A stretch of DNA of 64,000 nucleotides. Source: Azolla caroliniana. Taxonomy: Eukaryota; Plantae; Polypodiophyta. Where the stretch lies: the NCBI GenBank assembly GCA_043228905.1, contig JBHGNT010000021.1, forward strand, positions 7,006,001-7,070,000. Reading direction: 5' to 3'. Positions 49,513 to 63,500 of this stretch are shown here, piece by piece. The number at the start of each line of letters is the position of its first letter. Positions within the stretch are counted from its first letter, which is position 1. A program made the translations under genes and the position numbers. The notes below the pieces were generated by a model, which saw only the letters and a program-made list of their open reading frames with translations, had not been told where the DNA came from and made no database searches.

Positions 49513-52143
49513 AAAAGGAGACTCTACATATAATACATATAAAATTTAATAAGTTAAAACAAGAGTTTAAAATTAAAAGTTTAAAGTTAGAGCCTATAGA
49601 GAATATTTTTGAGTATTTTTAAACCTATAAACCTATAAACTGAACCACATAAACAGAAACCAATAAACCGATAAATTCAAAATCGAATCGAAATCGATTA
49701 GTAACATTTGAAACCAAACCAAACCGTTTATTTATCTTTGAACCTATAAACTGTTAAGCCATGGTTTTTCGGTTCGGTTCGGTTTGAGCCGAAACCGGGC
49801 CCATTGCTAGATTTCACTATGATTATATGATATATCTATGAAAAAGTTATTGAAAGGACCATACGTCAAAAGTATATGGAAATTAAAGACCAAACTATAA
49901 ATATATTCACAAAAGGTCTTCGGAACTAGGTTCTTCAAATTCTTGAAAAAGTTAGCACTTATTGTCTATATGAAACAAGTTGCATGACACAACTAGTGTA
50001 TGAATTTGACACCCAAATGTATATAAAGACCTATTGTTTCACATTCAATATGGGGGAATTAATACATATTTATAAGATGTTGAAGGTTCTTTGTCAACTA
50101 TGAAAATGAAACCAACAATTTTTTAGTTGGTGATCGATTTTTAGTGTCAAAATTAAATAAATGTGTCCATGAACTCCCCCCCCTTTTATGGTGGCCGAAA
50201 AATATAATAGTGATTTGGAAATGTAGTTCAACGTCGTATAATGAATGATGCAAATTAGAGTCTTTTTTTTTTGCTTAAAAAATTACATGTTTATATTTAT
50301 GTCGAGGTGATAAGGCCCATAAATGCATTTCCTTTTCAAATGTTAGCCTTAAGTGGTTCATCTCACCTACGTGCTTTGAACCAGCTATCAAATTTAAATT
50401 CCCTTTATCCCTTACAAAGTTGGGGACGAAATTCAAACAACATATTCATTGCTTCGAACACCCACGTATTATTCCCTTTAACATTGTTGTAAACATAACC
50501 TTAAGGACCTATTCTTAACCTAATTTTAATGGTTTAAGGTTAGGGAAAGCATGAAACTAGTTATCCTAGGACTGGATACAAGCCCATATGAACCCATGAC
50601 GTGGGAACATGTGGTGATTTGAAAGCATAAGGTGTTAGGTTAAACAACAACCCCAAGCCCTAAATGGGCTCAAGATGTAATCCAAGAGACATGTTAATCC
50701 CCAAATAGGTTTAAAAAATCCTAATTACTATCTTTCTTATTCCCTTAAAATTATTGGGTTGGAGATTACATTTATGCTAGCACACATGAGTGTCATTGTA
50801 GTCAAAAGGGCGGGCATGAATGACCATCCAGGTAGTGCCCACCAAGGTTGCACTTTGACAGTCATATGTTCTTTTCGTGATGGTTTTTTTCAACTTTAAA
50901 ATTTAAATGCTCTTAGTCGTACGTCTAAGTGGAAAATTTGTTGCCTTCATTTTCATTTCTTATTTTGAAGTATCCTTTATTTACAAAATATAAGAAATAG
51001 AAACTTATGTCAAGAGTCTTGTAGCAAAATATATATACAATGGACATGGCCTAATGATGCGATGTTTGCCGATTCTTCACATATTGTAGTTATATTTGTC
51101 TATGTATTGTAAACATTTTCCATGCATTATGAGAGAGTGGATAAGCTAATGGAACAACCTTATGTGCACGTGGATCACACTGATACTAGATTTGTACCTA
51201 GATAGTCCTCGTTACTTAACAAAAGCTTAACGAACATATGTGTATAAGAAAGGCAATAAAAAACAATGAGTTATAAAACATTTCACGGAGACCAATACCT
51301 TAACTAACTAAAACAAACATATCCTAATAAAAGTGTAAAGCAAAAGATAAAATAAGAGACAATATACACTTACTAATACATTTAACACATGCACACACAC
51401 AAACATTCCATATATATTACAATTATGTGGCGGGGGTTTTATGTATTACTTTTCCATATTGATGCGTTAGTACAAACATCCTTCCAACACGAAAGTAACG
51501 AGAACAAAACGATGACTAAAACCTTAACATGGAAGCCATTGAGTTCATTGGTAACATGTTACACGTTAGATGTGACGACCAAGGTCCTTGGAAGGTGCAA
51601 CTAATTGTGTGTATGAAGATTGTTATGGAGCATGCGGAATGCATATATATTACATTTATGCAAAAATTTCCCCTCTCTCCATTCCACATTGAATTATTCA
51701 AGGGCTATATATATTATATACATATGAAGTAAGTGAGTAGGTCAAATCTATTACTATTTGTTATTGATATGATATATCCATATATACCCCCCCCCCCCCC
51801 CCTATTGGACCTTCCCATAATTTAACCTTTGTTTTTACATGATTAATGATGCATAGAGAGTAAGAAAAGCATTAGGTAGATGGGTGAAGGGAGCCATAAG
51901 AGGGTTTGGTTTTCGTGATCTACTTATTAACTATGATGGCCGTGACTTCGTTTAGAAGGCTTGCTTTCTATCTAACTGACAATGAATCAAGTCCATCAAT
52001 CTGTCAGCCTACCTACCAACCAACCAACCAATCTATTTATCTATGGCCACGGGCCACAACCACTGCTTGAAAGAAACTCTCGAGTTATGCTGGGTCTCGG
52101 AAGTTACTCTAATTCGTGAAGTACCACACATTTTGTGGAAGGC

Positions 52144-52147
<4 letters not shown>

Positions 52148-52196
<49 letters not shown>

Positions 52197-52218
52197 GTAT
52201 GTATGTATGTATGTATGA
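52148..52218. repeat. (GA)n and (TATG)n microsatellites upstream of LACS
   Basis: Direct observation. Confidence 0.95.
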
Positions 52219-52359
52219 AAGGGGGAACTCGACGAAGAGATGGAGATGGCCGGGCGGCCGGCCATATGGATGGATGGACGGACGGGACAGTCTAATGGAC
52301 GGACGGACTGACGGACTAACTGACGGAGCATTAAATGCGTGCCGTACTGACTGACGGCG

Positions 52360-52372
52360 GGGCCCACGTCAG
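52360..52372. promoter_or_regulatory. candidate TCP site (GGGCCCAC) overlapping an ACGT core in the LACS promoter
   Basis: GGGCCCACGTCAG lies ~370 bp upstream of the ATG, just before the CT-rich presumed transcription start region; matches the GGNCCCAC consensus. Confidence 0.4.
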
Positions 52373-52729
52373 CGTGTTCGTTAGACTTCATTTAATGAGG
52401 CCCTGATTGACAGCGACAGCAGCTTTTCCTTCTTCTTTCTTCTTTCTTCTTCTTCTTCTTCTTCTTCTTTCAGTCAGATTCTGCGTCTGCTTCTGCTTCA
52501 GTCTTCTCCTGCATCGATTTGTGCTGCTGAATCAGAAGAAGCTCATATATCTCCATCGCCATCTCCATATTGAGTCCCAAGAAGTAGAAAGAAACAGAAG
52601 AAGCTGAAGCTGAAATCAAGGAGAAGAAGATCAGAAGAACGAAGAAGAACGAAGATCAGAAGAAGAAACACAGAGAAACAGGCGCAGAAGAAGAAGAAGG
52701 AGAAGAAGAAGCAGTAGAAGGAAGACGCT

Positions 52730-55700
52730 ATGGTGGCAAGCCAAATACTTGATGGACGGCCTATCGAGAACCTGAAGAAGTACAACCACAAAGTGGAGGA
52801 AGGAAAGGAAGCGTTCGAAGGGAAGCCTTCCATGGGACCTGTGTACAGGAGCATTTTTGCGAGAGACGTCTTTCCTCCTCCCGCTCCTCCAGGGATCGAT
52901 ACTTGCTGGGACATCTTCAGGTGTTTCTTCATCTCAACCTGCTGATAATCATTACTTTCTCTTCTTCCCGTTCTGTTTCGTTTTTTTTTCTGTTTTCTCT
53001 CTCTCTGTGTATTCCGTGTTATCATGGTTTGGCCATCGGGTAAAATTAATTCTCCAAATCTCTTCCTCTCTCGCTGCACTGTATGCGTTTCATGGAATCA
53101 GAATCAAAAGGAACATTTGCAGGTATGTTTTTTCTTTCTTTTTTTTTAGCTCAGCTCTGCTCGGTTGTGATTTGCAATCGATCTCCTGTGTGGATGATGG
53201 AAAGAAGACCTCCCTGTCTCTCTCTTCATCTCTTTCTCTCCTGAATTTTTACTGTATTGCATGGCTTCCATGCAATCATTATTAGTTAGTATTCTCACCA
53301 TTGTCATTTGCTATACACACACAATCGCCACGATTTCTCATCAGTATGATGGTCGAGGTTACCATGGTGGCCTTTCTCTCATACAACTTAGGCATTCCTT
53401 CTATACAATGAAGCCCGATATGGTCGGTACCATTGTGCGCTTTCTAGATAGGAAAATGCTCATTCTGATCTTATTTGTATGATAATCGCCATTTTGCCTT
53501 TGCTGCAGAAACACTTGGCACGCACCCTTCGTACTGAAGCTCATACGAAATCAATGTAGAATGCTATTTCTGATCTCCTTTGGTTGGGGGTCACCTTTGC
53601 CTTTCTTTTCTTTTCTTCTTTAGGTCACATTTGATCTGTGGAGGGATTTCAATACTTTTTGATAAGTTGAGTGAGTACATTTCCTGTTTCGTCTCCCAGA
53701 CGCAACTAAGACCTAATTTTTATTGGTACTTCTGGATTTCCTCTCATCCTTCTTGTGTTGTCCGCCAAAACCTTCTATTCTGGTCTCATCTTTGTCATCG
53801 TTGTGGTTTCTGGTTTTATTCTCATTCGTTTTTCCTTATCTTATCTTTTTAGGTTGGCCCATCTGCGTTTCTCCTCATTTCTCTGTTCTCGTTTTGTCAT
53901 TTGAAGGTCTCCATTGTGGCATTGCCTGATAAAATTCACGGATTTCTTTTGGGTGTTTGCCATTTACTCTCATCATAACAAGACTTTCATGTAGAAGTTT
54001 TCTTTCCTCTTCTATTATAGAGTTATCTATAATGGAAAGGACATTGACAATCCATCCCTTTCTTACTTCCTTACCTGGCATCAATTGTGCTTTCTCATTA
54101 CCACATTTGAATTATTTATGCATGATCATCACCATAGCGGGATTCCTTACTGTTGAATCTCTTAAGCTCAAAGTTGAAGCACAGAAAAGAGAGCATTTGG
54201 AGCACATTTAGTTATTCTTGTGGTGGTGTTTGTGATTAGTTGTACTGTTGTTGGGCTGAATTTTTTTAACAAATCTTTGAATTACACATGGTAACAAGCA
54301 TTGTGATTGATTTCCCAAGCTTTCTCTGACAGTCATTCAGTTAAGCAATATCCTAACAACAAACTATTGGGTCGTCGAGAAATTAACAATGGAAAGGTGC
54401 ATTTTTATCCTGAAATTTCAGTATCCCATTATACATCCTGAGTCAATTATTTGTAACATCGCCTCTAAGACTGGTATAAAACGGGTTCCTCTGTAGGCTG
54501 GAAAATATGTGTGGTTAACTTACCAGGAAGTTTTTGATCGAGTTCTGAATGTTGGCTCGGCTATGAGGACATGTGGTGTAAAACCGGTAAGCTGACTAAC
54601 TAACTTTGGACTGTATATCTCAAGGAATCAGATATTGCTGTCTGATAAATTATAACTTATGATCTTTGACCATACATTTTGAGGAATTTATAAAAGTTTA
54701 TTGTCTTCCAGATGGAGAAATGTGGCATCTATGGAGCGAATTGTCCTGAATGGACCATTGCAATGGAGGTACGATCTTTTCACAGTTATTGGTAACCTGA
54801 AATTGAGAGCATGAAAGTTTTATTTTTTATCTGTCCTGTGGTTTGTAGGCTTGCAATGGACATTCAATTTGTTGTGTTCCCCTGTACGATACTCTAGGTA
54901 CTTGTTTTCACTGACCTTTCAGATGAATCAGAGTTATCAGCTCGGGTATTGAAAATTTGGATGAATTTGAACAGGGGAAAATGCTGTGCAATTCATTATC
55001 AATCATGCAGAGACACCCATAGTTTTTGTACAGGAGGCCAAGTTGACAGAGGTTTCATTCCTGCTATCAATTTTCCCATGTCATGAATCCATATATACAT
55101 ATATAGATTCCATTCTCATTTTTTCTTTCTCTCATTCTTGTCTTTTGGTGTCATGTAGCTATTGAAGTGCTTGTCTGCCTGCCTGCAATTCCTGAAAGGT
55201 AAGTAAAATCATAGTAGCTTTCGAAATGCATGGTAGAAAGTTTTGACTATGCAAAATGTAGTTCTTCAGCCTTCCTTACTGCAAATTATCATTTCCACTT
55301 TATGTAGTTGTCGTGAGCTTTAGTGCTGTTCCCGAATCTCAGAGAACTCAGTTTGAATCAAATGGTGTAAAAATTTATTCATGGGAGGAGTTTTTGGATA
55401 TGGTATGTGATTCATGATGATTCATGGTATCAGGTTGTTGCTCTTGTATGATACTTGATTTTGGTTTTTATTGGTCAAAATCTGTTTCTTGTTGACATAG
55501 GGGAAGAGAAACCCAGTTGAATTGACTCCTCCACGAGGGCTAGACATTTGTACCATCATGTACACAAGTGGTACTACTGGAGATCCAAAGGGAGTTCTAC
55601 TCACCCATGAATCAGTCTCACTTCAGATGGGTGCTGTTGATTATTGGTGTTCTCATTTTGAAGAAAAGGTATTTTAGTCAAACTTACATCATGCAATTGG

Positions 55701-58700
55701 GGTGTTCATACACATGTATGCGTCAAAAATGTGATGGTTGGTAAACTTGAACACTAGTTGGATAGCTAGGCATAGCAGTACTGTTCTGAAACACAAATAC
55801 CATGTATTTGCTCTATTGTGGATTGATATACCTCTAATGATGGGAAATAACCAAGAAAGCAAGAACAACAGTCATATGTTTCAAAAGCATTTGACATATA
55901 GCTGGCAGAGAAGCAATCCAAGTACAAATAATTCAGGTTGATGGTATACTCCTGCTTCGACGGAAATTTGGATTTCCAGTCACAGACTTATAGCAACCAA
56001 CTGCCTCTGGTATGACTGTATCTTACCAGCCTGAAGTTAACGTGCCAAAATACACTAACTTGTCCTTGTGCACTAAAATATAACATATTTCTGGCCTCTG
56101 CTCTGACTGTCTACTTTACCATCCTGAAGTTGACCTGCCAAAATACACAAACTCGCTCTTGTGCATAAAGTATAACATATTTCTGGTGTCGTTATCCATC
56201 AATTCAAGATTGTTGAATATAACAGAGTGTATATGAATGACTATTGAATACAATTGCACATGCTTCATAAGTTACAATTACAAACTGTTCTTATGCAGAT
56301 GACTGTGGAAGACTCCTACTTGTCTTTTCTACCACTAGCTCATATTTTTGACCGGATCATTGAAGAGCTATTCATACATAAAGGTGCTTCGATTGGATAC
56401 TGGAGGGGGGTGAGTCTCTCTTTGGGACTTCATTGATCTAAAACAAGCATCCCTAAGCATTAACAAATATGTGTGTCTTCTTGTGTGGAAGGATGCAAAA
56501 TTGCTTATAGAGGATCTACAAGAGTTGAAGCCATCACTATTTGTGGGAGTACCTAGGGTCTTCGATCGAATTTATTCAGGTTCAACTTTATCCACATACA
56601 AGTGTTAGTGTGAGTACAATGCAAATGATTATATGTAACTGGCTGCAGTACATAATGGTTTTCTGATTGATAGTTAGTCGATTGCGCTTGACTGGAGCTG
56701 CCTTCCACCTCAAATTGCTGTTTGAAGCATGCTACAAATAGTGAGTTGCTGGAATACTTGGGATATAGACGTGATCTTTTTTGCTTATTCTCTGGTGGAA
56801 GCCTGAAAGACTCATTGCGTTTTTATTTATTTATTCGGCAGTAAATTATTTTGGATGAAGATGGGGTATAAGCAGAATGAAGCTTCTCCATTGGCTGATG
56901 CACTGATTTTCAAGAAGGTAATGTCACAATTTCAAAGCTACTAATATTTTAATTGCGACCATAACATTGTTACTTGTATTTCAGATACATAAAGTTCTTG
57001 GTGGCAAGGTCAGGTTACTTATGTCTGGAGCAGCCCCCCTGGCTTCACATGTGGAGGAGTTCCTTAGAGTAACTACATGTGCAATGGTGGTGCAAGGATA
57101 TGGTAAGTTTGTAGGTCAATTAATTTATTAACCAGTTCACACACATTCACACGTTTTTATAGCAATAGCTTTATGATAATCGAGAAATATCAAAGTGAGT
57201 TGAAATCATCATGGAAACATTAGAACATAGGATAAAAATGCACATCAAGTTCATGAGAGATAGCAAACGTGAATTTATCATCGTGTGGAAAACAGAAATA
57301 AACGATATTGATCAGAGGTTGATGGCCTGAAATTATGTTCATCAGGAATAGTCCTGGCTTTCCATAGAATCCAGTATTAGACTCTTACAAACAAGATGGC
57401 AACAAGAGAAAAGGATAAAAGAACTGGAATTTCATGAGTCATGCACATACAACAGATATGGGTGTTAAATCATTAAATGTTGATGAAACTGTGCTTTGTT
57501 TTCGAAGGTTTGACGGAGACTTGTGCTGGTAGTTTCTGTTGTGTGCCAAATAACATGTCAATGATCGGTACTGTTGGAGTTCCATCTCCTAGTGTTGAAG
57601 TACGGTTAGAATCTGTGCCGGAAATGGGCTATGATGCACTGGGGCCAGTTCCTCAGGGAGAGATTTGTATGCGAAGCAAGATCATGTTCTCTGGTTACTA
57701 TAAACGTGAGGACTTGACCAGGGAAGTGTTGGTTGATGGTTGGTTTCACACAGGTAATGAAAATGAATAACAATATGGTATCAAATATGGATGAATGATT
57801 GCTTGAACATTCATTTTGAAATTTTGATTTAGGTGACATTGGTGAGTGGCAACCAAATGGGTCATTAAAAATAATTGACAGGAAGAAGAACATTTTTAAG
57901 TTGGCTCAGGGAGAATACATTGCTGTTGAGCATCTTGAAATGGTGTATGGGATGAGTATGTATGTAGAACAGATATGGGTGTACGGCAACAGTTTTGAGT
58001 CCTCCTTGGTGGCTGTGGTTGTGCCGAATGAAGAATCTCTGAGAAAATGGGCGTCTGTGAATGGACTAAAAGGCACATTTGCAGATCTATGCAATGACAA
58101 AACGGTGCAAGATTTTCTCTTGAGCGACTTGACATCTGTTGGCAGACAGCAGAAGGTACATGCTTTTACATTAGTTTGCTTTATCTTTATATGAAGATCC
58201 TTATCTATGAACTCTCTTAACATCTGTTGGCAGACAGCAGAAGGTACATGCTTTTACATTAGTTTGCTTTATCTTTATATGAAGATCCTTATCTATGAAC
58301 TCTCTGTGTGCAGTTGAGGGGCTTTGAGATACTCAAAGCTATTCATGTCGATTCCCTTCCTTTTGATGTAGAAAGAGAGTTGATCACTCCAACATATAAA
58401 AAGAAGAGGCCTCAGTTATTGGCTTATTACAAGGTATGGAACTACACATGAGCGTTTGCATATATACGTGTTTAAACCCAAAATACATCTCATGTGCATT
58501 TGTGAACTACTGAAGCCCCACAGTATGATTTCAAGTCTTTTTCATTATATTTTCTATCACCTGTGCCACGTGAACTACTAAAGCCCCCATGCATATGCAC
58601 GTTTTCATGTTTGGGTGGATGTGCATCTTTGTATCTGTATGATGGTGGATTTGCCCTGTTTTGTGATCTCAATGTTTATTAAACACATGAACATTTATCA

Positions 58701-59280
58701 TGCCCTATGTTTATGATATCTATTTGATGTAAAATTGAACGATTATTAAAGGAGTGACGCTACTACGAAAACTAGACAAGGAACACTCCTAAATCACTTA
58801 TATATCTGCATTGCATGTATATGGATATAAAATTATACCTATTTGTATTGCTGTATCTGCATATCAAGAAAGTGCTAGTCAATTATGAAATATTGTCTGA
58901 ACGAATTGTAAACATAGGCTTGATTTGTATTATATACATAGAAATAATTTAGGTTACTGGAAAAATTAATTGTAATACATGATCTAAATGTGGATTTTCA
59001 TGAACGCGTTATGAATATGGTTTTTTATGCATATGAGGCTACATGTGGTGTAATGTCAAAAGTAATACATTTATTACTTAAAGATATGTTTTGACCCATA
59101 AGCTTGACACCTTAAAACGGAAAAGACCTGGCAAGCTGTATTCTTTTGGGTTTTTAATTATTATCTAATATTCTTTTGGGAAGTTGATTCATTCAGGTTA
59201 AGTTTTCAGGGGCACTCATTCATTTTTTGTAATGTTTTTCTTCGTAGGACGTGATCGATAAGCTATATAGCAGCCATTGA
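52730..59280 (+). CDS. LACS: long-chain acyl-CoA synthetase (LACS4/5-like), 18 exons: 52730-52920, 54333-54396, 54497-54586, 54712-54768, 54849-54897, 54975-55051, 55159-55198, 55308-55402, 55501-55668, 56299-56409, 56492-56579, 56674-56740, 56842-56917, 56985-57102, 57508-57753, 57833-58155, 58314-58433, 59248-59280 (~670 aa)
   Basis: [23 protein letters not shown] (AMP-binding), [32 protein letters not shown] and [22 protein letters not shown] introns; exons sum to 2013 nt in frame. Confidence 0.95.
58132..58305 (+). repeat. tandem duplication (period 88 bp) spanning the exon 16 end and its donor site
   Basis: acatctgttggcagacagcagaagGTacatgc...aactctct occurs at 58132 and 58220. Confidence 0.92.
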
Positions 59281-59859
59281 ATTTGCTCCTCATTCATCAT
59301 ACTGGATCTCATATAAACCAAGTGCATAACTGTTGTATTTAAGGAGATCGAGAGCTATCCATTGAGGCTGGAGTAGTGCAGACTTTTGTTGCGTGAATAA
59401 TGAAACCATTTATGCATGTTAGATTTCCCATTGAGAATGCCTGTTTCTCCTTTCCAGGTGCAGTGTAATCAAAACTAACAATAACAAGACTTTGCCTTAA
59501 TGGTGAGGTGCTACAAAATATGTGTCCTTTCCATTATTCAATTTGTGAATGTCTTTATTAGCTTTAAATAAAATTCTTTTCAGATAACTAATTCATTCAT
59601 TGAGTGCATCTCTTAATCAGGTCTAAACATTAGGATGAGTTTTAATTTCTTCCCCCCCCCCTTTTTCTGGGGCAATACATGGGAAATCTCATTTTGGAAC
59701 AAAACAAACACTAACTAAAAATCCTCAAATGGAGGTGAAAAAAAATACGAGTGTCTAACAGTAGACGGTTCATCAATACCATATAACTTCCAGTTGTACA
59801 AATAGTCCATTATGCCCAGAATCTGATCCAATGTAAATAGATGGCATTACCTTTTAAAC

Positions 59860-60418
59860 TAGCAAAGGGCATGGTTCGGTTTGGTTTTAAGGCAAAGAAA
59901 CCGAACTGAAACGAAGCCGAACCGTACCAAACCATTTAAGAAAAAGTTGAAACCAAACCATTTAAAACCAAACCGTTTAGGGAAAAGTTAAAACCAAACT
60001 GAACCATTTAATAAAAAATTTAAACGTAATCATCACTTAAATCAAATTAATTAAACATCTAAATAAACAAAAATACATTAAATTAAATAAGCATTTAAGT
60101 TAAATTTATTAAATTAATAAAAGAAACTTTAATTGAACCATTAAATAAAATAAACATTTAAGTTAAATTAATTAAATTAATAAAACATCATTAATTAAAC
60201 CATTAAACCAATTAACTATTAAGGTAAAAAAACAGTTAACTAAAAACCTTTAAACATTTAAATCAAACCTATAAACTTGAGTTTTAGAATTGAACCGATC
60301 TGAAACCGAATCGTTTATCAAAAATCCAATCCAAACCAAACCATTAAATCTTTTTAGAACCAAATAACCATAGCTTAACGGTTCGGTTCGGTTTGAGTTG
60401 AAACCGTGCCCATTGCTA
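59860..60418. mobile_element. hAT-type MITE, same family as 48627-49809
   Basis: TIR TAGCAAAGGGCATGGTT / AACCGTGCCCATTGCTA; TSD TTTTAAAC / TTGTAAAC. Confidence 0.88.
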
Positions 60419-60581
60419 TTGTAAACCATGGGGGAGGAGATCAAAATATGAAAGCATATTTTCAACTGTATATTTGGTAACTGGAGCCAAAAATCATCCA
60501 AATCAATTGGCTGGATCATTGTTTCCGATTCCTATGCCACCGTCACACAAACAATGATTCTCTCCTTTTCTTGGGTGACAT

Positions 60582-63500
60582 TGTATTGGAAAGTAATCTG
60601 ACGGGAATTAACCCTTCTAATCACCTTCTTCGCCCGGCCACAACCGAGTAAGCGCGAATCGATGGAGCAGAAAATAGGAACCACACGGAGAAACAAAACG
60701 CGAGTACACAGGGATTAACGTGGAAAACCCTAGGCGGGAAAAACCACGGGAGTACGAGACTCCAAACCAACACTATACAGAGAAGTATACAATGGGGAGC
60801 TGCAAGGCGACGACCTTGAGCTCGCTGTCCTCGCCACAGGCGGCGGAAATACACAGAGGCGTCTACCTCTTCCTCTCTCGCGCTCTATCTCTCTCACGGC
60901 TGCTCTCTCTTCACTCCTCTAAAGTGGAAAAACAGAAAAAAATAAGAAGCAACACTAAAACTGTTTGCCCTAAGTCATATTTATACTTATATGACTTTGG
61001 GCTATTTACAACTGTAGCCACAGGGGCCCATAGCGAACATATTCACGGATATGTCCCTGCATCCGGATCGCTCTCCGGGTACATTCGTCATCCGGTACCG
61101 AAACCGGGGTCTTCGTCATCCGGTGCCGAAAAACCGATACCGGGCTTGTCGGCATTCATCTCCGATATCCGACCATCCCATCCGAAAGGGACCGAAATCC
61201 CAACAAACTCCCCCTTCACTTCGGCATGGGATGTCTCTCCAATCCGATCCTCTTCCGGCATGCTTCTAGCTTGTCGGGTGTGAGCACCTTGGTCAGCATA
61301 TCCGACCCGTTCTCGTCCGTGTGGACCTTCGTCAGCACGAACTCCTTGTCTTCTATCCTTTCCCGGATCCAGTGGTATCTACGCTGGATGTGCTTCGTCC
61401 GGGAGTGATAGGCCGCGTTCTTCGCAAGGTGGATTGCACTCTGACTGTCGCAGTAGAGTCGGTACTCCTCCTGCCGGATACCGAGCTCTCTAATGAAGTC
61501 CTTCATCCATATTATTTCCTTGCCGGCTTCAACAGCCGCCATGTACTCCGCCTCCGTGGTTGACAACGCAACCGTCTTCTGCAGCCTCGACTGCCACGAA
61601 ACAGCTCCCCCTGCATACGTCATCACATACCCTGATGTGGACCGGCTGGTATCTGCATCAGCCGACATATCCGAATCGGTGAAACCGTCGAGCTCGGGTT
61701 TACCGGAGCCGAATCGGAGGCACACATTCGCTGTGCCCTTCAGGTATCGGAGTATCCACTTGACCGCGTTCCAATGCTCTTTGCCGGGATTGCTCATGTA
61801 CCGGCTCACCACTCCGACTGCATATCCTATGTCCGGTCTCGTACACACCATGGCGTACATCAAGCTCCCGACGGCTGAGGCATACGGCACTTTCATCATA
61901 TCCTCCTTTTCAGCCTTTGTCTTGGGACTTTGCTTGCTGGACAACTTGCAGTTTGCCGGGAGGGTTGATCCGACCGGTCTTGCTTCCGACATGTTGAACC
62001 GTTGAAGCACCTTTGTCACATACTTCTCTTGTGACAGCCACAACTGCTTCTTGCTCCGGTCCCGGATGATGTGCATCCCTAGTATTTGCCTCGCCGGACC
62101 CAAGTCCTTCATTGAGAAGGTTCGGTGAAGAGCCTTCTTCAGCATCCGTATCTTGACCTGGTCCCGTCCGACGATCAGCATGTCGTCCACGTACAGGAGG
62201 AGTATTAGAAAGTCTCCTCCTTCGAACTTCTTCACAAACACGCAGTGGTCGGACTGCGTTTTGAGGTACCCTTCGTCGGTCATGAAGGAGTCGAACTTCC
62301 GGTACCATTGCCGGGGAGCCTGCTTCAGTCCGTAAAGGCTCTTCTTCAACCGGCATACCAGGTGCTCCTTCCCTTTCTTCTCGAATCCTTCCGGTTGCTG
62401 CATGTAGATCTCTTCATCGAGGTCACCGTGAAGGAATGCCGTCTTCACGTCTATCTGTTCTACCTCGAGGTCCATGCTTGCCGCTATGCTCAGCACCGTC
62501 CGGATAGAGGTCATCTTCACTACCGGGGCAAATATCTCGTCGAAGTCGACGCCCTTCTTCTGCTGAAACCCCTTAACCACGATCCTGGCTTTGTATCTCG
62601 GGGGGTTTCCGGCATCTCCCGGTTTCAGCTTGAACACCCACTTGTTTCGAAGTGCCCGCTTTCCTTTCGGCAACTCCACAAGTTCATATGTGTGGTTCTC
62701 ATGCAGGGAATCCATCTCGTCCTGCATGGCACTCAACCACCTGCGGCTCTGGGTGTCATGCTTTGCTTCTTCAAAGCTCTCCGGCTCCCCCTCGTCGGTT
62801 AGCAGCACGTGCTCTGGTTCCGGAAATCTCCGGGGGGCCCTTCTCTCTCTTAGAGGATATCTCCGTTCGGGAGCTTCGGTAACCGGTTCTTCCGATTCTT
62901 CTTCTTCATCCGAATCCATTTCGGGATCGGGGCCGGTTCCGGTATCATTTTCATCTTCTTCGGCCGGTTCTGTTTCTTCACCGTCTTCGGCCGGATCCTC
63001 GAGTGCTAACCGGTCCCTTGCCGGTCGGGACTGCTCCTCGTAGAGTTTATCCTCACCGGTCGACTTGGAGCTCTTCATCTCCTTCTCCGACTCCCAGTCG
63101 GCGAGTGTCTTGTCCTCCATGAAGATGATATCTCGACTCCTGAATATCTTCTTGTCGACCGGGTCCCATACTCGGTAGCCGAACTCGTCGTCGCCGTAAC
63201 CGAGGAATATGCATGGCCGGGTCTTTGGATCTAACTTTCCTCTCCGGTCCTTTGCCACATGTACGTATACGAGACACCCGAACACCTTCAGATGCCGGTA
63301 GGACACTTCCTTACCGGTCCACACTTTCTGCGGCGTGTCTCCGTCCAAAGGTACTGAGGGTGATCTATTTATCACATACGTCGCCGTCGACATTGCCTCA
63401 GCCCAAAATCCCTTGGGTAATTTCGCATGCACCAGCATACTCCGGACCCTCTCCATTATGGTCCGGTTCATCCTCTCGGCCAGCCCGTTCAGTTCCGGCG

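Larger units (their letters stand above)
48627..49809. mobile_element. hAT-type MITE carrying a LINE fragment and a 24-bp minisatellite
   Basis: TIR TAGTAATGGGCCCGGTT / AACCGGGCCCATTGCTA; perfect 8-bp TSD GATTTCAC (48619-48626, 49810-49817); AAACC subterminal repeats. Confidence 0.92.
47990..50060 (+). mobile_element. very old Copia RT-end/RNaseH relic, interrupted by a MITE
   Basis: KRIFKYV, KK*PTIALS, AKAKHIDFHY (split by the MITE) and NIFTKGL; PPT-like tgggggaa at ~50051. Confidence 0.6.

Noticed and set aside
53261-54211. Short hydrophobic ORFs
   Set aside because: Inside T-rich LACS intron 1 with no recognisable homology.
22249-59280. TCP, plastid-protein gene and LACS as a functional cluster
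   Set aside because: Unrelated functions and separated by transposons; no evidence of co-regulation.
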